Shown here: one piece after another, positions 46,574-59,124 of the stretch | Layout of the letters: the number at the start of each line of letters is the position of its first letter | Numbering within the stretch: position 1 is the first letter of the stretch | Assembly: GCF_011745625.1 (NCBI RefSeq) | Contig: NW_027191460.1 | Coordinates: 496,001-560,000 of the forward strand | DNA: 64,000 nt | DNA from: Cladosporium halotolerans | Lineage: Eukaryota | Direction: 5' to 3' | Made by a program: the position numbers and the translations under genes | Notes under the pieces: generated by a model | What the model was told of the DNA's origin: nothing | The model's input: only the letters and a program-made list of their open reading frames with translations | Database searches by the model: none

Positions 46574-48062
46574 ACAATCCTATCGACCGATTTCTATGAA
46601 AGTACCTGGATGCTTTGAGCAAGCTGTGACAACGGATTCGATTCGACTCGCTTCCCTTCCGCAAATTGCACCCTTCCTAGGAAACCAGCAGACGAAACCC
46701 GACCGACGGACGGCTTCCAAGAATCTAAAACGCTACCGCTCCCAATCCAATTTTTACCATTTCAGGGAGACATCTTACGACTTTGACGGAACGAGACGGC
46801 GGAGCTTGGCTTCTTTTTTCCTTTTTCTTTTTTCTTTTTTGGTCTTTCTTCTTCCTAACAAAATTCCCCCTTTTATTTACGCTTCTTCGTTGGTTTTACA
46901 GTTTTTTTGTCCTTTCACTTTTCCTGGGCATCATCACAGCATAGGCACGCAAGGCGAGGCAAGACCGAATGCATCCCGGCGCTTTCGGGGGTCGGGGGTC
47001 TTGTAACATCTTCCCTCTGCCCACCGGTTGCGCGCGGGGTTTTCGGTTGTTTTTGATCATGGAGGGCATTGGGGGGAGAAGGTTTTCGGAGGGGTTTTGG
47101 GGTCTGAGGGGGAGAATGCTGTTCGAGAATGTGTCTTAACGTTTAACTCTGATTTATTAGTCGGAGATGGTAGGTAGGTAGGTAGTTTTGGTGGAGATGA
47201 ATGGAATGGAATGGAGAATTTTTGGAATTTCGTTCGTGTTTGGGCTTGTGTCACGATTTTTAAGGTCTTGTGAGATGAGGGGTGTTGAGGGGAGTATCGT
47301 GTGTTGTTATGTTGTGAGACTTCGTTGATGAGGTAGGAGACGAGCTGTCTGTCGGTCCGATGGGGACTTTAGCGCATTTCACGTGGAGGATCCTTTGGCA
47401 GGGCCTTGTTGGTGGGTAGACGTGTTACTGTAGAAGAAACGTCATGTAAATATGTTTTAGGGCACATTGATATACGGCCAGCATGTCATGAGGAGTCCAT
47501 GCTCGCGAGGATATTGTCGTCCATTGGTTGAAAGAGCCCTACGGACTACAGTTGGTGCGATGTTGAATTTACCTTTCAGACTCACACTTGTGGGTGAAGT
47601 GGACCCTGGTGATCTCGGAGCGTTGGTGCCGGTCGTCCACACACACGATGACATGATGATCGTTGCAGTATTCGCATCGGCAGCCGTGGCCCGTCCACTG
47701 GAGAAACTGATGATTGTGTCGAAGGGTGGTGGTCAAGCTTTCTCGTGAACCCAAGCTTTTGCCAAGTCCCAGGTGCCTACTTCACGCATGTCGGACTCTC
47801 ACCAGGCACAATGCGCTCTAGCATGGCGCTGCTGAAGGCAAAAAACTCAAACAACACGCCGGCGCGCCGGAGATGCACTGCGATGTCTGCTGATAACGAC
47901 TCCTCAGCCCTGTGCCGGGGCCCGCGGTCAAGTGGGGACGGCGTACGAGTACTTTTAGACTACTCCCAGAGCACACTCTAAGATGGCTTGTCGTCTGGCT
48001 CAGCGCAGTCCGACCACTTCACCCGCTGGACACAGCATTCGGTGTCCTTCGTCACCACCGTC

Positions 48063-49585
48063 ATGAGCACCGCCGCGGACAAACCTACGCTCATCACGCA
48101 GTCCCGCGAGGCTGAGAACAAAGATGACGAGAAATACAACACCGCGGACCGCAAGACCGGCTCCGTCCTCACCATCGTCGGCAGCGCTCTCGCCAACCTG
48201 TCCGATGGCTATCAGCAGAGCTTGGCTTCGTCTACGAATGTGATCTTCAGCCACCTGCTGGGCAAGAGCGTCTACACCTCGGAGCGCCAGACTCGCATTT
48301 CCAATTCGCTGCTTGTTGGATCTGTCATCGGCATTCTGGCCTTTGGCTTTATCTCTGACCGGTTCAGTCGCAAGGGTGGCATGCTGGTGACGTCTGGGCT
48401 GGTGGTTGTTGGGAGTTTGATGTCGGCGTTGGCGCTGCAGGTCGACGGTCCGGCGAGTATGCTCTGGTTCATGACCATTGCTCGCGGCACTGCTGGTGTT
48501 GGTGTTGGAGGTGAGTCGGGCGAGCCAGGTCCAGCAAGGGCATGTGCTGATCGTGATGTCCAGGCGAGTATCCCACTTCCGCAGCCGCCGCGATCGAGAG
48601 CTCGAACGAACACTTCGACGCGAAGCGAGGGCCCATCCAGGTCGCCATCTCAACGCTGATGGCTACGTCGGGAGCCCCGATTTGCACTTTCGTCTATCTG
48701 ATGAGTCTCATTGGTAGTGATAGCAATCTCACGGTTGCGTACCACGCCATGTACAGCATTTCGATCTTCTTGCCCATTCTCGTCGTCTTGATCAGGTGGC
48801 GGATGCAAGACGGTCGGCTGTTTGAGCGAAGCAACTTCAAGCGCCGACAGATTCCGTGGCTCCTGTTGCTCCGGAATTACTGGCCTAGAATGTTAGGGAC
48901 GTCCGCAGCGTTCTTCCTCTACGACTTCGTGAACTTGTACGTCCTTCCCCCAACCCACACCAGCTCGCCGAAAACTAACGAACCCCACAGCCCCAACTCC
49001 ATCATGTCCTCCGTCATCATCAACTCCCTCGTCCCCTCCAAGTCAGTCCGCACCGTCGCCCTCTGGCAGCTCTACCTAGCCCTCATGCCCGTCCCCGGCG
49101 TCCTCGTCGGCGCCTTCCTCGTCAACCGCCTCGGCCGCCGCTACACCGGCATCCTCGGCCTGCTGCTGGGCTACGTGCCCATCAGCTTCCTCATCGGCGG
49201 CCTCTACGACGACCTCACAACGCACCACCTCCCCGCCTTCGTCGTCCTCTACGGCCTCCTGCAGGCCTTCGGCCACATGGGCCCCGGCGCGACCATCGGC
49301 CTGATCTCCGTCGAGGCTTTCCCGACCGCCGCGCGGGGCATGGGCTACGGCGTCGCGGCGGGGTTTGGCAAGGCGGGCGCGGCGGTGGGGACGCAGGTTT
49401 TCACGCCGTTGAGGGAGGGCGCGGGGCCGGCTTCGACGTTCTTTTTGGCGGGTGCGGTCGGTGTGCTGACGGCGGGGATTTATTGGTTTTTGCCGGAGGG
49501 GAAGGGGCTGGATCTTGAGAGGGAGGATGAGGGGTTTGAGAGGCTTTTGGGGGAGTGGGAGAGGGGGAAGGAGATGGAGGGGTGA
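48063..49585 (+). CDS. MFS glycerophosphoinositol/glycerophosphodiester permease (GIT1-like)
   Basis: ALANLSDGYQQ, FGFISDRFSRKGGM, GVGVG|GEYP, FFLYDFVN|FPN, GHMGPG, EAFPTAARG; introns 48511-48563 and 48937-48990. Confidence 0.88.
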
Positions 49586-51264
49586 GAGATATGCAGAATG
49601 GAGGTACTGGCTGCTTCGCCTGCAATACAGGGCTCCCTGGCTTGTAACTACGAAGGTCGCAGCTGGGCTTGTATGTGCGGATAAAAAACCCCAAAGTGGA
49701 GTTTTTGTGAACTGGGAGTGTGAGTCGTCCAGTATAATGCTAGACTCAAATCGGGTGCTCGACCATGGCCATTGCGGATGCTCGGAAACAAGACTCAGCA
49801 ATTCGACGACGATAACGAAGGAAGCTTAACGACCAACGGCATATTATGTGGGCAGCTTGTGTGAACCTCGGCGAGTAAGCTCGCTCACAAATGACTGCAG
49901 CACCTACCTACACATGAGCAAGGCCGTGAACTGTCCTCTAGAAATTGACACCACACTGAGCCCTTGGGACAAATGCGTTCTCTCTCCCCGCTGTTAGCAT
50001 CTACTTGTCCCGCCTTGCGCTTCACCAGATGGACAGTCCATTACAAGTGGTCCATGAGCCCCGTGAATCCCAAAAGGCGTCAATCGGACTCCTCAGCGAA
50101 CGAGGCCATAATGCTGCGTACTCAGATCAAGGGTGGATTTTCCCCTCTCATGCTTGTTGAAAGACTGACCGGAATCCGCTCAGCAAATGCTGTTGTGCTA
50201 TTATTCTCAGAAGCTCGAGCACCATTAGCGCTAAAGGTCATCTCCGACTCAATTTAATGGCGGACGGTGATGACCAGGTAAAGGAGCAGCATGAGTGTAC
50301 GGATATCTTGACTGTCCTTACAGGTTTCGACCGCGGTGTGTCGATAGCCGCCAAGGGAGAATGCTGTGAAACCGTCGTCGCCGCTTTGCGAAGCCTTTTG
50401 GAGGTGATTGCAGCTGCGCTCGAGAAGTTCCAAAGAAATATGTTTTAAGGCCCCGAACAGTCCCAGTGAGATTGGCGGAGGTTTGATCGGTGAATGTCTC
50501 GCGGAGAAGACTAGCGACAAGTCGTGGACATCAGTCTTCCGGTGATCATCAGACATCAGGTCCGCGTCACGATCGGAGGATACGGTACCCTCCGACCCTT
50601 GCGACGGAGCTCTGCACCCTCAGCATGGTACCATCTGATGGCCTTCATTTAGCCGAGCCAGTAAGTTGTGGCTGCGGCGTGACAGCGGAGTCCACGAGAC
50701 GTGAGACGACATCGAAGGCGGAGGTTTTGTCACTTGCCACTTTGTTTCCAAGCCCCTCGTAAATTCTGCTCAATTGTCATGTTATCACAGGTCGGTGGTT
50801 TATAGTTTCGTGCATTAGTTCTGGTCTTGAAGTAGCCACTCCCGATGGATACACCCAAGAAGAGACACCTGTCTGTCGCACAGCATATGCGGCCCAACGT
50901 TAGCGTCTTGATTTGACCCACCAATATTGTTTGCACACACTTCACCCGTTAAAAGCTGGACGCTCATCAGGATCGAATCGATTAGACATGCTGGACGGGC
51001 TGCCGAAGTAATCGCTCATCAACGAGGAGGTTTGGGCACCATCAATTTAGAAGAAGTACAAGCTGAATGCGGAATCCGTGTCATGCAGGATGTAATTTTT
51101 GTGCGAGTAGCTTCCATGCAGGTGGACGAGGCTGAGCTTTTACGGCTGTACCTCAGCCTGATTCTTGATCAAGGATATAAGAAGACGCTGAGACCTTCAC
51201 AGTACTGGGCATAGCTTATCGCATTTTTTCATCATCATTGAAATCCAATTGTAGATCGTTGGCC

Positions 51265-52379
51265 ATGAGCGGAGATCCTGCAGCCGGCGAAACTGGAAAT
51301 GGCGAGGACACTCACGATGCTCATCCAGGGCCGATATCTCCTGTGTCAGCGAACTCTGTCCAAGGCAGACTTCAAGATGACGACGCTTTCCAAGAGGATC
51401 GTTTCGGCTTGGAAGCGCCGGATCACTTTGATCAAATGCATCCAGAGCGATGGGTTGACCCTCATCCAAGTCGCGAGTCGAGCGCCGACGCAGACTCTCG
51501 CATCCGAGAGCCAGTCCTCGTAAACGAGCTCAGTCAGATAGTCCCAGGGCAGCCGGAACGATCGGAAGCCAACCAAAATGTCCAGTACATAGACGCTTTA
51601 CCTTCAGCTTCAAGTACGTGCATTCATTACAGTGTTTGCGCGAGGCTTTGGCTAACGTAAGCTAGACGATGAGGATCACGAAAATACACCCTTCCGATTC
51701 TTTCACAACGCTTACAAGTGGGTAAGAGGCCACTGGTCTCGATGTGGTCCATGGAGATGGGACATGTCCGCTCTGATCTTTGCATGTGTACAGAGTCTTC
51801 CGCGTCGGCCATGATCCTCAGGTGCTGATGACGAACTGGCTGGATCGACAGCTCACAGGTACTGGATATCGGGGTGGTCCAGACGCGGACAGCTTCCAAA
51901 CCAGTGACCAGTTGCAAGGCATCGACGAAGCCTTCAAGGATGGCGAAGATGGGCTGCAGCGGCTTATGGCCAACGTCGCCAGTGCGATGACAGCATCGCT
52001 TCGTACTGCCTCCAACGAGACCGCACCGGGGGTGGTACTCATCAGCGAGCCGTACATCCATGTTGAATGGGCTTGGATCACACTGTCCGTGCTGCTGTAC
52101 ATTCTCTGCATATTCTTTGTGGTGATTGTTGCATTGAAGGCTCACTACGGTAAGCCACCGACACACGTGTGGAAGAACAGCCTTCCAACCGCATTGTTCC
52201 ATGGCCTCGATCCTGAGCTGCGAGCCCGCCATGGCCACCTCACTCGGGAAAAGGAGATCGACGATGCTGCAAAAAATCTGCATGTGAGACTCGTGCCCGG
52301 TCTGGATGGGTTGAAACTCGCCAGTGAAATGCCCAATGAGTTGGATCGATTGGATGGTGTCGTAGATAGCGGACATTGA
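51265..52379 (+). pseudogene. DUF3176-like membrane protein gene with internal deletion and frameshift
   Basis: The N-terminal part ends at WRWDMSALIFAC and stops shortly after. A different frame carries the family-type C-terminus LMANVASAMTASLR...YIHVEWAWITL...VWKNSLPTALFHGL. Confidence 0.6.
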
Positions 52380-52473
52380 TACTGGACTATCTGAACCATC
52401 GAAATCTTAATACTTCCCGAGATTTCTCCAATTATACATTCTCGAGACGGATCTTGGTCTGCTGTTCCTGGTT

Positions 52474-54616
52474 CTATGCTCTGCTGATTTCTAACTTGGA
52501 CGCCTCGTTGGTTGCGACGCCCATGCGATTGAGGTCCGTGTTGTCTCGGTGGTCGATGTGGCGGAACAGGTACCAGTTGAAGAAGGATGCAAGTAAGTTG
52601 GCAACACCGATGGCAACACTGTGATGAAGGTGAGCTTTCTCAAACATACGTCTGAAGGGAGTGTGCTAGACTTACAACGGCCATATGAGATGCGGATCCT
52701 TGAAAGCAGGAGAAGCAATCTCGATGATGGCTTGCGAGATAGCGTATGTGAAGAATACGACGGCAATGATACTGCCTTTCATCCTTGGCGGAGTCATGGT
52801 GTATGCTATTTCGTAAGAGCTGACTGAGATCATGATACCGCCCAGTGGCTGCAGCCAGTAAGGGACGACAATGAGCCAAGCGGACTGTGTCATAGTCAGT
52901 ATGCAGGAAAATCCATTCTCTCAACTCAAAACATGTGACTTACCAATGGCGAGACGCCGATGCCAATTTGGCAGTCGCTAGCTTGGTACCCACAAGGGCT
53001 GGTCTGGTATATCTGCCACTGGATGATAGCAGCGCAAGCGTTAAGGATAGCACCAATGAAGTAGCCGCACGACATCCGCTGTATGAGTGAGAAGTTGATA
53101 CCCCTTTTCCGGAGTCCCGGATACAGCACCCAATTGTAGATCGGGATCGCAACAACCGTCGAGATCGGGTTGAAGTTGAAGAGCAAGTCATTGGGAAGTC
53201 CGTTAGTGGTCATAGAGCCCGCCATATTCGTTAGAATTGTGTTGGTACCGCCATCGGCCATGTACCAGAGAGGTAGGAAGGCGAAGACCCAGAAAGCCTT
53301 CAAAGTGGTTCGGAGCTCGTCAACAAATTCGTCGTCCCATGAGATCCAGCCAGGTCTGTGTTTGGAGGCTACTGCATCGTAATTCCCGCTAATTTCTAGA
53401 TTTGTTGGCTTTACGGCCTCCCAGTCTGCATCTGTAGTGCTCAAGTGTTCGGCTCGTTGGTGAACAAGACGTATGACTTTGATGCCATCGGCCACCGAAG
53501 ATCCGCCCGGAGGATACATAATGATCCGAGGTTTTGCCCACAACAAGCATATAGGCATAAGCATATAGACGATTCCTGGCAAGAGGCTGGACGGAGTGGG
53601 TGGTCAGCCGGGTGACAAATGCATGCATCACTGGCACTGGAACTTACTAGGCAAGCCAGAAGCCAATATGCTTTTCCGTGAAGGTCGTTGCGATCGAGAA
53701 GAAGTCGCCAAGGTTAGATGCCCAATAGTATAAAAGCAGCATTCGCTCGACTGTGGCGTTGGGGTCTGCTATGACTCTCTCGCCGGTCTTGAGCGTTATG
53801 ACGGTCGCTTTCTTGACTGTTGACTGATCGGCGATCATTGGAGCAATTGTAGGCTTGATGAAGCCGGATGCAAATCCGAGACTGATGATACCAAGAATGA
53901 ATGGAACGATAGCATAGCCTCCAGTCATAACACTTGGAACAGCAGCAATCACTAGTAAAACATGAGAGAAGAAGCCAATGATGACCCCGTACCAGCAGGC
54001 TTGGTACCGACCAAGCTTTGCATCAGCAAGATAGCCACCCAGTAGAGGCGTGCAGTATGCAAGGAAGGTGAAAAGGACCGTAAGAGCCTGTGCTGTTTGT
54101 AGACCAAGGTCAAGAGCGCCGGCAGACTGTTGAGTCCCCTTCGGTGGTGCGCCCTGGGAAGCATGAGTCAGTACGCCCAGAAGCTTGCATGCTGAGGTCA
54201 GTCAGACACCAACCCATCCGTTTCCACCTTCTGGCAAAGGCCGCTGTAAGAAATTGGCAAAGACTCCTGTAACTCCATAGTATGATGCGTTGTTGGCGGC
54301 TTCTACGAAGCAAAGCATGTAACCAGACCAAGACACTGCACCGGCGACCCGACGAAGGCTTCTCATCTCTTCCTCAGTCGGCGAGATTTCATCTGAAGCC
54401 GAGCCGATAGCCGTGACCGTTCCTACTCCTAGGTCTACATCGGTGGATTCCAGACTTTTATCGCACGATTTGCGCTTCTCATCTTTCCCAAGGATGTGAC
54501 CGACGTCGCGGCCAGATGCCTCGAGATCGAGTAGGATTTGAGCGTCAGGTGCAGCTATCGCAATCAGTCAGCGAACAGAAACATACAGAGGTGATTTTGG
54601 CATTGGACAAACCCAT
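52474..54616 (-). CDS. PTR2: POT/PTR family peptide transporter
   Basis: Six exons reconstructed in frame (ATGG micro-exon first); YCTPLLGGYLADAKLGRY, GFIKPTIAPMIADQ, YWASNLG, MTTNGLPNDLLFNFNP, YEIAYTMTPPRMKG. Confidence 0.9.
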
Positions 54617-55447
54617 CAGGACACAAGATAGTGTTCTACTAAGACGACGAATACTGATGGAGGGTCGAACCCGTTGTTCGATCCGCGCTGCCCATTTTGT
54701 GTGATTCTGCAATGCAATGACATGTTGGCTTATTAATTCAAGATGGGACCAAAATATGTTGAAGTGGTATCCATGATAAGCTGATCACACTGTGAGATAG
54801 CTAGACTGCCAAAATATGCTTCAGCAATTGGTGGGCAAACAGTTTCTGCCGTGGTATGCAAGTTTTGCCTGAACCCATGAGTGTAGAACTGTAGATAGGC
54901 TGATGTGGATACAGAAACCCCACTCGAAGCGTGACTACGAGCAAGGCCTTCCTGCGCGACGGCTATTGCGGAGGATATCAATAAGACAGGATAGGAAGGT
55001 CCGTTTCTGCGACTATTCAGAGAAGTGTCGGATAGGCTGGCGTATCATGGGATGATGTGGAGTTGGAGATTGAAACATGGGCAGCACGGGAGGCTCGGCA
55101 GATAAGCAACCCAAGCGATATAGGCGAAGTGCTTGAAGAGTGGGTCCTTCATGTAACGTTCGGCAGGACCTTCTACTGGTCGCGATTCATTCACCTTTGG
55201 TAGAGCTTCTTCTTCGGTAGCAGTGCATTGGCGAGCATGAAGGATGCGGCCAATTCGTATGCCCGTCCTTTGGGCTCGCCGCGATACCCGCTAGTCCACT
55301 CGACCATTTTGAGCATGCTGGCAATGTTGATGGATACAAACCGACCATATATGGCGGACTTGTAAACATCGAGCAGACCGATGCAACCTAATATAGTGTT
55401 GTTCAAAGTGCACACTTACAAGAAGCTTATACATCATCGTCTCCGTC

Positions 55448-56615
55448 ATGCAGCCACTTACCTCACATCATCAACTCCCCCCCTTCCCAGACAATGTCAA
55501 GAACGCGCCTCTCGTGTCTGTCAGTTTTGAAGCTCTCGAGAAAGGCGACGAAGGGGCGTCCGCCGCTTTCTTCCAAGCATGCAAAGATCTCGGGTTTTTC
55601 TATCTTGATCTGTTCGGCTCAGAGCTTGGTGAGAAGATCGTCGAAGAGGCTGAGAAGCTCAACAAAATCCAACAAGAGTTCTTCAAGCTTCCAAACGAAG
55701 TCAAAGACGTGTACGGACGGCCGCATCTCCACCCATTCTACGCGTACCGTTTCAACGAGCTCGCAATCAAGGATGAGAACGGCGTACCTCTCCGTGGCGA
55801 GAGCTATAATGTGAGTTCTCGACGCGCCTGAGATACGTCCCGGACCGACATTACGTAGGCTAGTTTGACAGGTACATGAGCTGATCTTGACTTGGTAGCT
55901 GCGCAAAGACGACATCCTAGGCAATTGTGAGCGACTTGCATGCCATCCGATGATCCTCGAGCAACAGGAGCTGTTCACCAGCTATACGAAGCACTGCCGT
56001 GCGGCGGTCGATTGCCTGTTGGAGCACCTCAACAAACACCTCAAACTTCCGACCGGCACCCTGGCGGACATGCACCGGATAAACGAGCGCTCTGGCGATC
56101 ACGTACGCCTCGTGCAAGCACCGCCGTATCCATTCGATGCCGCGCAGGCACAACGTGCCGAGCACACTGATTTTGGCTCAATTACGATCTTGTTCAATTG
56201 GCTGGGCGGCCTTCAGATTCGTGTCCCGGATACTAATGAATGGGTGTACGTTCGCCCCATCCCAGGCTCATGCGTCGTCAACCTCGGCGACGCGATGGTC
56301 AAGTTCACAGCCGGGCTGCTGAGGTCAAACATCCATCGTGTAGTGCCGCCGGTCGGTGAACAGGCAGGCGAGACACGCAATTCACTCGTGTTCTTCAGTC
56401 GCCCAGAAGACTCTGTCGTGCTTCAGCGTCTGGAAGGAGGACTCATCGATGCTCAGCCGGTAGTTGAGAGCACCGAACCTGAGATGACAGCTCACGAATG
56501 GATCATGGCGAAAGGGACGGGCCAGTTGCCAGGTGTGTATACCAAGAAGGGTTTCGAGTGGCGAGAGAACGACAAGAGATGGAGGCAAGCTAGTTCCAGT
56601 ACTACTGTTGCGTAA
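55448..56615 (+). CDS. 2-oxoglutarate/Fe(II) dioxygenase (IPNS/DIOX_N family)
   Basis: ACKDLGFFYL, HTDFGSITILFN, VVNLGDAM..SNIHRV..RNSLVFFSRP (HxD..H..RxS); intron 55811-55898. Confidence 0.93.
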
Positions 56616-57034
56616 CCGCTTTGATACCAGTGATGCAGCAGACATATATACCAAAACTTCTCTTAGAAGCACATACGACCACGGGTCAGTGGAAACTGGG
56701 CATCCCGTCCAGAATCTCATGGTCTCACCATGGTCGATAGTTACAAGATTCCATTATGTGTTCGTGTAGACGTTCGCATGAGGTCGATTCCTGGCTGACC
56801 TCTACAGGATCGGGTCAAGGCAGGCTTGGGAATCGCAAATGATCAGGTTGTGAACTGGATTCAGCGAATCCAACTTGAACCAGGTCCAGAGTGATGCCGT
56901 CGGAAAAAGGCAGGCTATGTAAGGTTGAAGGAGGCTGGACATCGAATTGCTGGACATCGAATTCCTGTCAGAAAGGGATTCTCAAGCGATCAGGGTTCTT
57001 TATGTTCGGTATTGATTCCTGTATCTGGCCTTGC

Positions 57035-57606
57035 TCACGTGCCTCCCTCAACCCTACTCCTGAGATCTCTGTTCAGCTTCTCGAAACCTGATCGCGTCTT
57101 AGTGCCAAACCCCCATCCAAACAGCGGCCTCATTAAGAAAGACAGTAGCCCGGTGAATTCTTCTCCTTGGACGAAAGTTGTCGATCCAGGGTTAGTTTCG
57201 CTAGGCTGGAAACGAAAGAAGTGATCGCCGCAAAAGATCGGATATATGCTTCCTCGCCATATGAGCTCGCGCTCTGAGTTCTCCTGGAGTATTCGTTCAG
57301 ACTAGGGTTCAATGGTTTGAACATGAACGATGGTGTACAAACCAGGATGACTCCCGAAAAGGTCGCTCCTTCCATTGTAATTGTCACCTTGTCGCCCTTT
57401 CTGATCTCACCATCGCGAGATTGAACCTCTACAGATTTGAAGTGACCTTGGTGCCACTCGGAGAGCTTGGCGAAGTCGAGGAACTGAGTGCAAGTATTTA
57501 GTGGTTACTATACGCTGAGAGAGGGCCTGTTCAGCATTGTACACACCACATCTCTGACATGTGCTGGATCTCCTCCGATCTCGATCTCCGTGAGAATTAA
57601 AACCAT
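57035..57606 (-). CDS. SRPBCC/START-like (polyketide cyclase/dehydrase 2) protein, 149 aa
   Basis: Phase-0 exons 57606-57547, 57483-57343, 57283-57035: MVLILTEIEIGGDPAHVRDV|FLDFAKLSEWH...|ENSERELIWRGS...GDHFFRF...TTFVQGEEFTG...GFEKLNRDLRSRVEG. Confidence 0.82.
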
Positions 57607-59124
57607 GGTCTCAAGTGCTGACCGAATAGTGTAGCTGGGGAGTAAAATAACCGGTGCGAACAGCGTTTGTTTTATGATACCTCAGCGTATCACGGAGGCG
57701 TTTAGCTGTGTGCCGCTGCTAGATTACACCAATGAGCAGCTGCTTGAGCTGCGCGTGACTGCCGCCTTCGCTAGGAAGGCGTCTAGATGCTGACTCGCAG
57801 CTCCTTCGCTACCTTAGTGTAGGATTACACTAGTCTCAGAAAAGAGCATCTGGCGAAGGCGAGATTAATTCACCAACCGTGTATGTATCGATGCAAGCGA
57901 GACGATGCAGGCGGACGGCAGTGATAAGCACATTTATTATACTTTTCTTTTCAGCTCCCCGGCGCCACGCTCTCAAGCCGCATTGTCGATGATCACGGGG
58001 ACGTCACGGACCCGACGCTGGCAAGCTTAACCAGATAGGCCGCTGCCAGAATATGATGCGATCCGCCGTGGCTGCAAAGTCTCTGGGTGCTCTACTGACG
58101 AAGCCACCGATCTCATCGATCCAAAGGATGGACTTGTCAAATGGAAGGTATCCATCACAAGGCCGAAGCTGACCACGAGTGTCAAGATTGCTTGGTAAAC
58201 TCGCACGAAGGACTCTGAATTCGCGCGAAGAATCCGCCTCAAAGTGCTTGTAACACGTCATCTTTGGTCTGCGTATGGAGGTTGCAGCCTTGACAAACGC
58301 AGCTCGATCTCTCAAGTGTAGTTGGCAATCCGTTGGCGATGGTCACCGCAGTCAATTCTATCAGCCTTACTTCACTATGCGGCTGACGTTCCCTCTACCT
58401 AGCCAACATTATTGTCGTTATTTAGTGGTTTCCCTTCTTCTGGCTTCGCAGTGTAATAAATGGTGGCAGCCGATATAGTCTCCTCGTAGATGAATGCATG
58501 GATGACTTCTGCGTTCGCAAGTCGTCGTAGCAACGGCGTGCAGATGTCGTAATCATCACCACTCATAGGGATAGAGATCATTCGTTCGAAAGACTCGGGA
58601 TTTTTTGACTTTGTCGTGTTAGTAGTCATCTCGGGGAGGTGATTTGTGTCGACCAGAAAGCAAGAGTGCGAGTGGTAATACTTGTATAAGGGAGAGATTG
58701 GATGATCTGAACCATGAAGTCTGTACTATATGCAGGAAGGAGGAGATCTGGAGGAGGCTTATCTTATACGCTTGCGCCCTTCGTCATCGTGGCAGCCTTC
58801 GGGACTCCGCTGTAAGCGAACCTGCTGCCTCAGAGGACCCACGCGAGCTGGGGTTGTCCGGCGATCCAAGACCTACCGGATAATGTTGACGAGGAGTCCA
58901 GACGCAAGACCAGAGCGTGACCCGCCTTTACCGCCTCCATAAGCACAACTCTTAAGCGCAACACCAGCAGCTCAGATTTACATATCTGAGCGCCTATGAC
59001 AGCTTGCTTGAAGTCTTCTTTTGGGAAATTGTTACCCATTTAGATATTAGCGTAGCGCCCAAAGGAGTGGTTGTATAAAGAGTCTATATGAGATGCTGCC
59101 GTTTAGCCGTAGCTACAAAGATGC

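Noticed and set aside
50257..51214. Short protein-like ORF fragments (also 58004-58629)
   Set aside because: No family recognised and no coherent exon chain could be built; possibly relics.
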